A DNA stretch of 64,000 nt, from contig JBFGJG010000019.1 in NCBI GenBank assembly GCA_041577295.1, positions 8,464 through 72,463 of the forward strand, written 5' to 3'. Under the pieces are notes generated by a model, which made no database searches, had not been told where the DNA came from, and was given only the letters and a program-made list of their open reading frames with translations. Both the position numbers and the translations under genes were made by a program. Below, in pieces: positions 29,046 to 37,850 of the stretch; the stretch's first letter is position 1; every line of letters starts with the position of its first letter. This DNA is from Gemmatimonadales bacterium. Lineage in GTDB: Bacteria > Gemmatimonadota > Gemmatimonadetes > Gemmatimonadales > GWC2-71-9.

Positions 29046-32000
29046 ATGAGGTCGATGAGTAGGGCCTTGCTGATCGTGGGACTCATGTCGCTGCCTTTGG
29101 AATCGGGCGCGCAGCAGCCGGATCGCAACATCGTGTACAATCCGGCGCTGTTTGACGGCATGAAGTATCGGATGGTGGGTCCCTATCGTGGTGGGCGGTC
29201 TACGGCAGTCGCGGGGATCGCCGGAAACGCACGGCTCTTCTTCATGGGAACGACTGGTGGCGGTGTGTGGAAGACGACGGATGCCGGACAGTGGTGGACG
29301 AACGTCAGCGACGGTTTCTTCGGCGGGTCCCTCGGCGCGGTGGCCATTGCGCAGGCGGACCCCAACGTGATCTACGTCGGTACCGGCAGTGCCGACATCC
29401 GCGGTAACACCTCGACCGGCCGGGGCATATGGAAGTCAACCGACGCGGGGAAGAACTGGGAGTTCATTGGGCTCAGAGAAGCCGGCCAGATAGCCTTCGT
29501 CGTCGTCCACCCCACGGACCCCGATCGGGTCTACGTGGCGGCGTTGGGTCATGCGTTCGGCAAGAATCCTGAGCGAGGCATTTTTCGCTCCCGTGACGGC
29601 GGGAGCACCTGGGATCACGTGCTGGCGTTGAACGACAGCACCGGTGCGTCCAGCTTGTCGATGAATCCCCGCAATCCGCGCGAGCTCTACGCCGGCATGT
29701 GGCGGGGTGAACGGAAGCCGTGGACGCTCATCAGTGGTGGGCCGGAGGGCGGCGTGTACAAATCGACCGACGCGGGGGCGACCTGGATCAAACTCGGAGG
29801 CGGTTTGCCGGGGGGGATCGTCGGAAAGGTGGGTGTGAGCGTTTCTGGTGCCAACCCAGACCGCGTGTGGGCCATGGTGCAGGCGGAGCCGGCCGGCGGG
29901 CTGTACCGGTCCGACGACGCGGGAAAAACCTGGACTCGTGTGAACAGTGAGAACAAGCTCCGGCAACGTGCCTTTTACTACACGCACGTTCGCGCCGATC
30001 CACAAGACGAACACACGGTCTATGTATTGAACACCCGGCTCCACAAGTCAGTGGACGGCGGACGCACGTTCGAAGTCGTGGAGGTTCCTCACGGTGACGT
30101 GCACGACCTGTGGATCGATCCCACCAACCCCGAAGTCATGATCGTTGGAGACGACGGAGGTGCGCAGGTCACGCTCAATGGTGGCGTGACCTGGACGTCG
30201 TACCACAACCAGGCAACGGCCGAGTTGTACGACGTCATCGTGGACAACGCGTTCCCGTATCGCCTTTACGGCGCGCAGCAAGACAACACCACCATCAGCG
30301 TACCGGCTTGGACCAGCAGCAACACGCTGCACGCCAAAGAGCATTGGTACATGGTTGGCGGGTGCGAGACAGGGCCCATCGCGCTGCACCCGGATCACCC
30401 GCAGGTTGTCTATGCCGGCTGTTACGGCGGGGTGATCGATCGGTACGACCGCGTGCGTGATCAGCGACGGTACATATCGAACTACCCGCAGCTGCAGGTG
30501 GGTGAGGCGGGGCGTAACCTCAAGTATCGTTTCCAGTGGGTTTCGCCGATCGTCGTGTCCCCACACGATCCCAACACGGTTTATCACGCATCCCAGTACG
30601 TTCATCGTACGATGGACGGGGGCATGACCTGGGAAACGATTAGTCCGGATCTCACCACAAATAGTTCGGAGCATCAAGCGGCGTCCGGCGGCCCAATCGA
30701 CCACGACATCACCGGGGTCGAGATCTTCAACACGATCTTCTCACTGGCGGTGTCACAGCATTCAGCCGATGTGATTTGGGCGGGCAGCGATGATGGACGA
30801 GTACACGTTACGCGTGACGCCGGTGCAAGCTGGACCGATGTAACCCCGCGCGCCATGCCGGCACTGGGAACAGTCGATGAGATCGATCTGTCGGTACACC
30901 AGCCTGGTCGTGCGCTCGTGGCGGTGCATCGATACCGGGTGAATGATTTTCGACCGTACATCTTCCTCACAACGGATTTCGGCCGGTCGTGGCGGGTGCT
31001 CACGGACGGCACCAATGGCATTCCTGCGGATCATCCCGTGCGCACGGTGCGTGAGGATGCGGAGGTCCCTGGGCTGCTCTACGCTGGGACGGAGTTCGGC
31101 GTGTTCGTCTCGTTCAACGACGGGCGCACCTGGCAGCCGCTGCAGCTGAACCTCCCCATCACGCCGGTCACGGGGATGCGCGCCCACAGGACGGACCTCG
31201 TGATCTCCACGCAAGGCCGGTCGTTCTGGGTACTGGACGATTTGAGCCCCCTGCGGCAGTTGACGCCAGAGATCGCACGAGCTGCGACGCACCTCTTCGC
31301 ACCGCGCGAGGCCTATCGCGTGAACGCGGCGGGTGTCGAGGGGAACGACGGCGAGACCGCGCCCGAGGTCCTCCCGGGGAACGCCATCATTTACTACTAC
31401 CTGCGTTCAAAACCGACCACCTCGGTGACGCTGGAGATAACCGATGGGGCAGGTCGCCTCGTGCGTCGCTTCACGAGCGATTCGGCGACAGCCGAGGAAA
31501 TGAAGCTCCCCAAGATCTCCGCGGATTCCGGGATGAACCGGGCCACGTGGGACATCACGTATCAAGGTCCGGTGGTACCCGATTCGGTGATCGTTTGGGG
31601 GTACACGGGTGGAGTGAAGGCGCCTCCCGGGACCTATCAAGTCCGCTTGGTAGCTGGAGAGGCGACACACACCCAACCGATTACCGTCCTCAAGGATCCG
31701 CGGCTCGATAACGTGCAGCAGGCCGATTTCGAGGAACAGTTCGCGCTCGCCGTCCAGGTTCGGGACACGCTCAACGCTGTCTACCACGCGCTCGCGCAAT
31801 TGCGTTCCGCCCGCACGCAGATCCAATCGGTGGCCGAGCGAGCCGTGGTCGGTGGCTATGGCGAGGACCTAAAACTGGCAGCTGACTCCGTTGCCGGCGC
31901 AATCGCTGCAGTCGAACAGGAGCTCACCCAAACGCGGAACCAGAGCAACCAAGATCCGCTCCGATATCCACCACAGTTAGATAATCAATTGGTGACGCTC

Positions 32001-32258
32001 TACGGATTCGTGACGGGAGCGGATTCCTATATCTACGGTGGGCCAGAAGGTCGACCCACGGCCGGTGCGTACGAGCGATTCAACGACCTCAATGGCGAAT
32101 GGGCCGTGCTGCGTTCGCAGGTTCGATCCGTGATGGACGAGAACGTTGCGGTGTTCAACGAACGACTCAGAGCGCTGGGCATCCCGGGTGTGATTCTTCC
32201 GGCGGCCGGTGAACGGGTGACGTCTATGCGAAGCGACGAATCGCCGAGGCCTCACTGA
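29046..32258 (+). CDS. BNR/Asp-box (VPS10/sortilin-like) beta-propeller protein
   Basis: Signal peptide; GPYRGGRS; many S/T-x-D-x-G-x-T-W Asp-box repeats. Confidence 0.9.
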   Translation: MRSMSRALLIVGLMSLPLESGAQQPDRNIVYNPALFDGMKYRMVGPYRGGRSTAVAGIAGNARLFFMGTTGGGVWKTTDAGQWWTNVSDGFFGGSLGAVAIAQADPNVIYVGTGSADIRGNTSTGRGIWKSTDAGKNWEFIGLREAGQIAFVVVHPTDPDRVYVAALGHAFGKNPERGIFRSRDGGSTWDHVLALNDSTGASSLSMNPRNPRELYAGMWRGERKPWTLISGGPEGGVYKSTDAGATWIKLGGGLPGGIVGKVGVSVSGANPDRVWAMVQAEPAGGLYRSDDAGKTWTRVNSENKLRQRAFYYTHVRADPQDEHTVYVLNTRLHKSVDGGRTFEVVEVPHGDVHDLWIDPTNPEVMIVGDDGGAQVTLNGGVTWTSYHNQATAELYDVIVDNAFPYRLYGAQQDNTTISVPAWTSSNTLHAKEHWYMVGGCETGPIALHPDHPQVVYAGCYGGVIDRYDRVRDQRRYISNYPQLQVGEAGRNLKYRFQWVSPIVVSPHDPNTVYHASQYVHRTMDGGMTWETISPDLTTNSSEHQAASGGPIDHDITGVEIFNTIFSLAVSQHSADVIWAGSDDGRVHVTRDAGASWTDVTPRAMPALGTVDEIDLSVHQPGRALVAVHRYRVNDFRPYIFLTTDFGRSWRVLTDGTNGIPADHPVRTVREDAEVPGLLYAGTEFGVFVSFNDGRTWQPLQLNLPITPVTGMRAHRTDLVISTQGRSFWVLDDLSPLRQLTPEIARAATHLFAPREAYRVNAAGVEGNDGETAPEVLPGNAIIYYYLRSKPTTSVTLEITDGAGRLVRRFTSDSATAEEMKLPKISADSGMNRATWDITYQGPVVPDSVIVWGYTGGVKAPPGTYQVRLVAGEATHTQPITVLKDPRLDNVQQADFEEQFALAVQVRDTLNAVYHALAQLRSARTQIQSVAERAVVGGYGEDLKLAADSVAGAIAAVEQELTQTRNQSNQDPLRYPPQLDNQLVTLYGFVTGADSYIYGGPEGRPTAGAYERFNDLNGEWAVLRSQVRSVMDENVAVFNERLRALGIPGVILPAAGERVTSMRSDESPRPH

Positions 32259-32263
32259 TCCGG

Positions 32264-33985
32264 ATGCGACGGAAGGGCCCACGGGGCTTTCTCCTTTGGG
32301 CCGCTGTCTTGCTGCCCGCCTGCGCCGGTGATTCAACACCGGACGCAGATCTCGTCCTTCTTCACGGCAATGTCCTGACGGTCGATCCAACTCGGCCGAT
32401 TGCCGAAGCGGTTGCGGTGAGCGGGGACACGATCGTGGCGGTGGGCAGCGATCGGGAAATCCGCCGGTACGTCGGACGGGAAACGGAAGTGATCGATCTG
32501 GGTGGCTGGACCGTGCTCCCAGGTTTCATCGAGGGGCATGGGCACTTCATGAGCCTCGGCCGTTCGAAGATGAATCTCGATCTGACCACGGCGCGGTCGT
32601 GGAACGAAATCGTGACGATGGTCGGCCAAGCTGCGGCCGACGCACCGGTCGGCGTCTGGATTCAGGGACACGGCTGGCATCAAGAGAAGTGGGACGTGGC
32701 CGCCGATCCTGCCATTGAAGGCCTTCCCACACACGCGTCGCTTAGCGCAGTCTCGCCCAACAATCCCGTGGTACTCACGCACGCCAGCGGTCACGCATCC
32801 TTCGCCAACGCGCGTGCACTCGACATGGCAGGGATTCGCCGCGGCACACCCAATCCGCCAGGCGGGACGATCGTCCGCGACAGGGCGGGGCAGCCGACCG
32901 GTGCGCTGAGGGAAAGAGCACAGCTTCCGGTACGTGAGGCTCTTGCGCGATGGGAGTCCACGCGCAGTCCTGCAGAGAACGCTGCTCGGCAGCGGCGTAT
33001 GGTCGAGCTCGCGGGGCGTGAGCTGCTCGCTAAAGGGGTAACGTCGTTTCACGATGCTGGATCGTCGTTTGCCACGATCGAGTTTCTGCAGGAGCTGGCC
33101 GAAGCTGGGGAGTTGCCCGTCCGATTGTACGTCATGGTACGGTATCAGACGAACGACGAGATGGCCGCGCGGCTACCGGAGTTTCGGCGGATCGGGGTGG
33201 GCGGAGGGTTCCTCACGGTTCGCTCCATCAAGCGGCAGATTGACGGCGCCCTAGGGCCACACGGGGCTTGGCTGCTTCGACCGTACGAGGATCTTCGGAG
33301 CACCGGCTTGATTCTCGAGCGTCCGGACGACATTGCCCGCACGGCGGAGTTGGCGATCCAACATGGATTCCAACTCAACACCCATGCGATCGGTGACCGC
33401 GCGAATCGCGAGGTGCTCGACATCTACGAGCGCGTGTTCGCGGCGCATCCCGGGGCAACCGATCTTCGGTGGCGCATCGAACATGCCCAACATCTCCATC
33501 CGAACGACATTGCACGGTTTGGCCAGCTCGGTGTGATCGCTTCGGTGCAAGGGATCCACGCTACCTCGGACGGGCCGTGGGTGATCAAACGGCTGGGTGA
33601 GCAGCGCGCATTTGAGGGAGCCTACGTGTGGCGTAAGCTCATCGACGTCGGGGCGTTGGTGACCAACGGTACCGACGCACCCGTCGAAGACGTCGATCCC
33701 ATCGCCAGTTTTTACGCTTCGGTCACCCGTCGTCTTGCGGACGGTTCCGTGTTCTTTCCGGAGCAAAGCATGACCAGAGACGAGGCGCTGCGCTCTTACA
33801 CCATCAACAACGCGTATGCCGCGTTCGAGGAGGCGATCAAGGGATCGCTCGAGCCGGGGAAGCTCGCAGATATCGTGGTGCTGTCGCGAGACATCATGAC
33901 GGTGCCGGAGGATCGCATACCGGGCACTGAGGTGGTGATCACGATCGTGGGTGGAAAAGTGGTCTACCGGTTGGGCGAGTCTTAG
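32264..33985 (+). CDS. YtcJ-like amidohydrolase (Amidohydro_3), lipoprotein
   Basis: LPAC lipobox; PGFIEGHGH, HAIGDRAN, RIEHAQ, GTDAPVE, KGSLEPGKLAD. Confidence 0.92.
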   Translation: MRRKGPRGFLLWAAVLLPACAGDSTPDADLVLLHGNVLTVDPTRPIAEAVAVSGDTIVAVGSDREIRRYVGRETEVIDLGGWTVLPGFIEGHGHFMSLGRSKMNLDLTTARSWNEIVTMVGQAAADAPVGVWIQGHGWHQEKWDVAADPAIEGLPTHASLSAVSPNNPVVLTHASGHASFANARALDMAGIRRGTPNPPGGTIVRDRAGQPTGALRERAQLPVREALARWESTRSPAENAARQRRMVELAGRELLAKGVTSFHDAGSSFATIEFLQELAEAGELPVRLYVMVRYQTNDEMAARLPEFRRIGVGGGFLTVRSIKRQIDGALGPHGAWLLRPYEDLRSTGLILERPDDIARTAELAIQHGFQLNTHAIGDRANREVLDIYERVFAAHPGATDLRWRIEHAQHLHPNDIARFGQLGVIASVQGIHATSDGPWVIKRLGEQRAFEGAYVWRKLIDVGALVTNGTDAPVEDVDPIASFYASVTRRLADGSVFFPEQSMTRDEALRSYTINNAYAAFEEAIKGSLEPGKLADIVVLSRDIMTVPEDRIPGTEVVITIVGGKVVYRLGES

Positions 33986-34000
33986 TGCACGCGAGGTATC

Positions 34001-35014
34001 TCAGACGTCGGAGGCTGCACGGCTCGTCCTGACCGGAATCTTCATCGAGAAAACGGTCTCACCATTTGCACCGCGACTTTGCTCGAGCCACCCGCCCGCG
34101 CGCAGGACGAGCGCACGACACAGCTCGAGGCCGAGGCCGGAGCTCCCGGGCTGGCTCGTGCCACCGGCAGGCCCCGCATCGCTCACCCTGAGATGTGCCG
34201 TCCCGTGCGTGATAGTTCCCTCGATGAGGACGGGGCCAGGCTTGGCGTACCGGATCGCGTTGTCGATTAAGATGGCACAAGCCTGACGCACGACTAGCAT
34301 GTCGTCGCAGTAACTCTCATCGTCCCCAGACACGTCCACCCGCAGGTCTTTGCGGCGCAACTGCGCTTCCGTGAGAAACCCCCGTAGCTCGGCGGTCAGG
34401 TCGGTTGCAAGCTCGTGCCCAGAACGCGGTGGTACCTGGGCCGGTGAGATTTCCATATCCGTTTTCGCCAAACCCAGGATGCTATCGAGCTTTCCGAGGC
34501 TGCGGGTGAGTCGTGCGACAACGGGTGTCAAGAGGCTCGAGTCCGGCCGTTCGCCGCGGGCGAGCTCTCCATCGACATACTCGAACGTCTCCACCGCCAT
34601 GCTCAGCGGGGATCGCAGGTCGTGCGCAAGGAGCGACATGAGGAGGCGATTTAGCTGGCTCGAGCGTGTCGCCTCCTCGCGCGCGCGGCTGATCTGGATG
34701 CGACGGGTCTGGATGCGAAGGGCGATTGCACAGGCGGCAGGGAGTGTAAGCGAAACGAAGATTCGGTTCGGAATCCAGACGGCTTCTGGTGAGATTGGGC
34801 CTCGACCGAACGCCGCTGCGATGAAAAAGCCGACGAAAGCGATGCCGAACGTGAGCCACACTGATCGACGGTCGTCCGTCAGCGACGAAAGCATGATGGG
34901 GATGCAGAGGAGAATCCCGACGACGATCCCTGCAGGAGTAAGCCAGTCGAGGATGAGGATACCCACGACACCGGCCAGGCTCGTTGCGGTCAAGCCAACG
35001 CTATGCCCGATCAC
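34001..35014 (-). CDS. Membrane sensor histidine kinase
   Basis: About 4 N-terminal TM segments; H-box AHDLRSPL; N-box IDNAIRY; DAGP..SGLGL. GTG 35014 overlaps the RR stop. Confidence 0.88.
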   Translation of the reverse strand: MIGHSVGLTATSLAGVVGILILDWLTPAGIVVGILLCIPIMLSSLTDDRRSVWLTFGIAFVGFFIAAAFGRGPISPEAVWIPNRIFVSLTLPAACAIALRIQTRRIQISRAREEATRSSQLNRLLMSLLAHDLRSPLSMAVETFEYVDGELARGERPDSSLLTPVVARLTRSLGKLDSILGLAKTDMEISPAQVPPRSGHELATDLTAELRGFLTEAQLRRKDLRVDVSGDDESYCDDMLVVRQACAILIDNAIRYAKPGPVLIEGTITHGTAHLRVSDAGPAGGTSQPGSSGLGLELCRALVLRAGGWLEQSRGANGETVFSMKIPVRTSRAASDV

Positions 35015-36372
35015 AGGCCATAGCGGCGCCGTTTTTCCCATAGCGTTTTCCGCGAGATGCCCAGCAGCCGAGCAGTGTCCTCCATCTGCCGGTCGGGATC
35101 GTACGCGAGGGTGGCGGCGATGTATCGCCGTTCCACCTCTTCGAGGGCGAGCCCGTGGTCGAGCGCGACAGCATCCGCTCCCGCCGTCAGGCCATCTGGC
35201 TCCCGTGCCGGTGGTCGGATGCGGAGTGGTCCACCGCCGTGAAAGATGAGTGCTCGCTCGATCGCGTTGCGAAGTTCCCTCGCATTGCCGGGCCAGGAAT
35301 AGTCTTGCAGATCGGCGAAGGAGTCGGCATCGATTTCAGGAGTCGGACGTTTGAGATCCTCACTCAAGTCATGAACGAATCGGGCAGCGATCTCGGGGAT
35401 CACGCCTGCCATTTCTCGTAAGGCCGGCATTTCGATCGATGCGACGTCGAGTCGGTAAAGGAGGTCCAGCCGGAATTCACGTTGTCGCACGCGTTCCTTC
35501 AGGTCTTCGTTCGTGGCGGCAACGACGCGGCACGTGATGGGAATGGGGTGCGTGCCGCCCACCCGCCGAATCTCTTGGCTCTCGAGAAAGAGCAACAGCT
35601 TTCCCTGAAGCTCGAGCGGGAGGGCGCCGATTTCATCCAGCAGGAGTGTGCCTTCGTGTGCGAGTTCAATGAGTCCGCGTTTGAGCGCCTTCGCGTCCGT
35701 AAACGCCCCCTTTTCGTGGCCAAACAGTTCGGACTCCAGGAGATTCGCTGGGATCGCGGCGCAGTTCACTTCCATGAATCGGCCGTCGGAATCGGACAGA
35801 TCATGAATGGCTCGGGCGAGAACACTCTTTCCCGTTCCTGACTCGCCGGTGATCAGGATCCGGACTGACGAAACGCCCGCAACCTGCTCCGCAAACTGGC
35901 GGACTTCGTCCAATCGACTATGTGTTCCAACGATCACCCTTCCGATGTCGTAGCTACTCTGGCTCGCCAGCCGCCGCGACACTTCCTCTCGCACGGGCCG
36001 TTCTGCCACCGCACGCTCGACGAGGGCGAGCAAGGCATCGGTGTTCACCGGTTTTGGCAGGAAGTCGTTTGCCCCGGCCCGGATGCCGTCCACCGCACGC
36101 GGGACCGTCGCGTGTGCGGTCACCAGAAACGTCGGGAGTGATGGATCTGACTGTCGAATCCGACGAACGAGTTCGATGCCATCCACCCCCGGCATGGCGA
36201 GATCGGTTATCACGCTATCGTAGGGCTCCCGGGCGAGGGCGACGAGGGCTTCCTCGGCCGAGCCTACGAGGTCCGCGTGGACCCGGGCTCGCCGGCCAAA
36301 GTTCGCCTTGAGGATCCGGCCCTCGAGCGGGTCGTCATCCACGAACAGCACTCGCAGTTGTCTAGGGCACAT
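35011..36372 (-). CDS. NtrC/AtoC-family sigma-54-dependent response regulator
   Basis: REC (VDDD, TDLAMP, KP); GESGTGKS; ESELFGHEKGAFTDA; WPGNAREL; Fis-type HTH LGISRKTLW. Confidence 0.95.
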   Translation of the reverse strand: MCPRQLRVLFVDDDPLEGRILKANFGRRARVHADLVGSAEEALVALAREPYDSVITDLAMPGVDGIELVRRIRQSDPSLPTFLVTAHATVPRAVDGIRAGANDFLPKPVNTDALLALVERAVAERPVREEVSRRLASQSSYDIGRVIVGTHSRLDEVRQFAEQVAGVSSVRILITGESGTGKSVLARAIHDLSDSDGRFMEVNCAAIPANLLESELFGHEKGAFTDAKALKRGLIELAHEGTLLLDEIGALPLELQGKLLLFLESQEIRRVGGTHPIPITCRVVAATNEDLKERVRQREFRLDLLYRLDVASIEMPALREMAGVIPEIAARFVHDLSEDLKRPTPEIDADSFADLQDYSWPGNARELRNAIERALIFHGGGPLRIRPPAREPDGLTAGADAVALDHGLALEEVERRYIAATLAYDPDRQMEDTARLLGISRKTLWEKRRRYGL

Positions 36373-36440
36373 CCGGTACTCCTCACCGGATCTTGAAGCT
36401 CGGAACCGGCCGTGACAAGCATCGGGCCGGGACGGGCTGC

Positions 36441-36481
36441 CGTGTTACGAAAGGTTACGCACGTAACGTTCCCGTAACACG
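36441..36481. promoter_or_regulatory. Candidate upstream activator sequence for the sigma-54 activator
   Basis: CGTGTTACG-aaag-GTTACG-ca-CGTAAC-gttcc-CGTAACACG, about 100-140 bp upstream of the predicted start site. Confidence 0.65.
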
Positions 36482-36556
36482 CTTCGACAAGGGTGCCCAT
36501 CGGGTCGACGACGTCAAGTCGGTGCAATGAAATCACTTGGGCCCTGTGGCACGAGT

Positions 36557-36572
36557 TGGCCCGGGGGTTGCT
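36557..36572 (+). promoter_or_regulatory. Sigma-54 (-24/-12) promoter
   Basis: TGGCCCGGGGGTTGCT: GG-N10-GC, one mismatch to TGGCAC-N5-TTGCW. Confidence 0.75.
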
Positions 36573-36636
36573 TCTCCAACGCGCTTTGCAACCCGCAAGC
36601 GGGGCGTCCGCACTGTCGCGAACACCGCCAGGTTGC

Positions 36637-36716
36637 ACCGCGAGAATGGCACCCCGGCCGTGAGGCCGGTCCGCAAAGCTCAGGATCTCCACCGAGATGG
36701 CCGAGCCGCCGAAGGA
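36637..36716 (+). ncRNA. c-di-GMP-I (GEMM)-type riboswitch aptamer
   Basis: CGAGAAUGGC-ACC-CCGGCC-GUGA-GGCCGG-UCC-GCAAAGC; P3 GCUC-A-GG-AUCUC-cacc-GAGAU-GG-CC-GAGC; 3' CGCCGAA; about 20 nt before the GGAGGA RBS. Confidence 0.8.
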
Positions 36717-36748
36717 CGAAATGGCAACTCACTTGGAGGAGATCGTTG

Positions 36749-37732
36749 ATGAGCAACGCAGGTGCAGTACGTAGTCTCGTGGGTGCGGCAGCGGTGGGCT
36801 TGGTGCTGACCGCCTGTGATCGTGCCCCGGCCGATCCGTTGGCCGTGGAAGACGCGATCAACCTGTCCGCGACCAACCGGACCAACACGGCACAGTCCGT
36901 GATGATCGTGCTGTATGGTGCGAGCGACTTCGTCATCGAGGAAGAGCAGACTTGGTCGTACGCGTTCTCAGGTCAGCCGGGTGCCGTCGCCGCGTTCGAC
37001 ACGTATTTCACGGTGACGACTTCCGGGGGCCCCAATGCAAGCCAGATTGCAACGGCCAAGCATAACGCGTTCAAGGCGCCGAACCGGTGTAATCTGTGGA
37101 ACGGTAACGCTCTCCAGACGGTCACTTCGACTTTTGGCGGTCGTTCTGTGACCGCCACGCCTAAGTCGCCTAGCACACACGCTGCGAAGACCGGCTGGAA
37201 CGTGGAGGTGACGGGTGGTGGGCCCGTGGAGGTCAGTCTCGACTATGGCTCGTACATTGCGAGCCAGAACGCAGTCGACAAGGCGACCAGCAATGGAAAC
37301 CAGCCCTGGAAGCGCAAGTACTCGTTTGGGTTGGACGAGGCAAGGATCGTTGGCCTCACGGTTGAGCTGCTCGACGCTGCCAACTACGTGGTGGCCCCAT
37401 ACAGTGGCGAAGCCGGTGTATCCGGATACTACGCAGGCGAAGACTTCGAGTATAACGGCAACGCCGGTTCCAGCGGACCGAACGGAATTCTGGCCAACGG
37501 TTTGGTCAGCGGTATCTTGAACGGCACAGTTGGTGGAAATGACGGCAAGAAGGATGACTTCGCCGGTAACGATGGTGAGGGTGCGGTGAAAGCCCACCTC
37601 AACTCGATGACGTGGAGCCTGGGCGAGGGTGAGTATACCCTGTCCGTCCGGGGGACCGTGCGGGGTGTGGCCGGAGCCATGGATGCGTTGTTCAACGGCA
37701 CGAAGCAGGTCACAATATTGGGCGGTTGCTGA
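36749..37732 (+). CDS. Uncharacterised Gly/Asn/Thr-rich lipoprotein
   Basis: GGAGGA RBS; LTA-C lipobox; beta-rich composition; ends in Cys. Confidence 0.8.
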   Translation: MSNAGAVRSLVGAAAVGLVLTACDRAPADPLAVEDAINLSATNRTNTAQSVMIVLYGASDFVIEEEQTWSYAFSGQPGAVAAFDTYFTVTTSGGPNASQIATAKHNAFKAPNRCNLWNGNALQTVTSTFGGRSVTATPKSPSTHAAKTGWNVEVTGGGPVEVSLDYGSYIASQNAVDKATSNGNQPWKRKYSFGLDEARIVGLTVELLDAANYVVAPYSGEAGVSGYYAGEDFEYNGNAGSSGPNGILANGLVSGILNGTVGGNDGKKDDFAGNDGEGAVKAHLNSMTWSLGEGEYTLSVRGTVRGVAGAMDALFNGTKQVTILGGC

Positions 37733-37778
37733 TTCTCGACATCGCACGAGTAGTGAAAAGGATGACATAGTTACACGA

Positions 37779-37817
37779 CTGCTGCCGCTTCACCCCCCTG
37801 GGGTGGGGCGGCAGCAG
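37779..37817 (+). other. Strong 18-bp stem-loop downstream of the lipoprotein gene (no U-tract)
   Basis: CTGCTGCCGCTTCACCCC-cct-GGGGTGGGGCGGCAGCAG with two G:U pairs. Confidence 0.6.
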
Positions 37818-37850
37818 ATCGCATCAGCAACACATTCTTCGGAGTTTCCA

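Noticed and set aside
36547..36561. TGGCACGAGTTGGC as the sigma-54 promoter
   Set aside because: GG-to-GC spacing is 9 nt, not 10; the overlapping site at 36557 has the correct spacing
36527..36748. 74-aa N-terminal extension of the lipoprotein given in the ORF track
   Set aside because: It overlaps the promoter and riboswitch; the RBS and signal peptide point to 36749
36749..37732. PEP-CTERM/exosortase target under PrsK/PrsR-type control
   Set aside because: No PEP motif, TM helix or basic tail at the C-terminus, and no exosortase in the window
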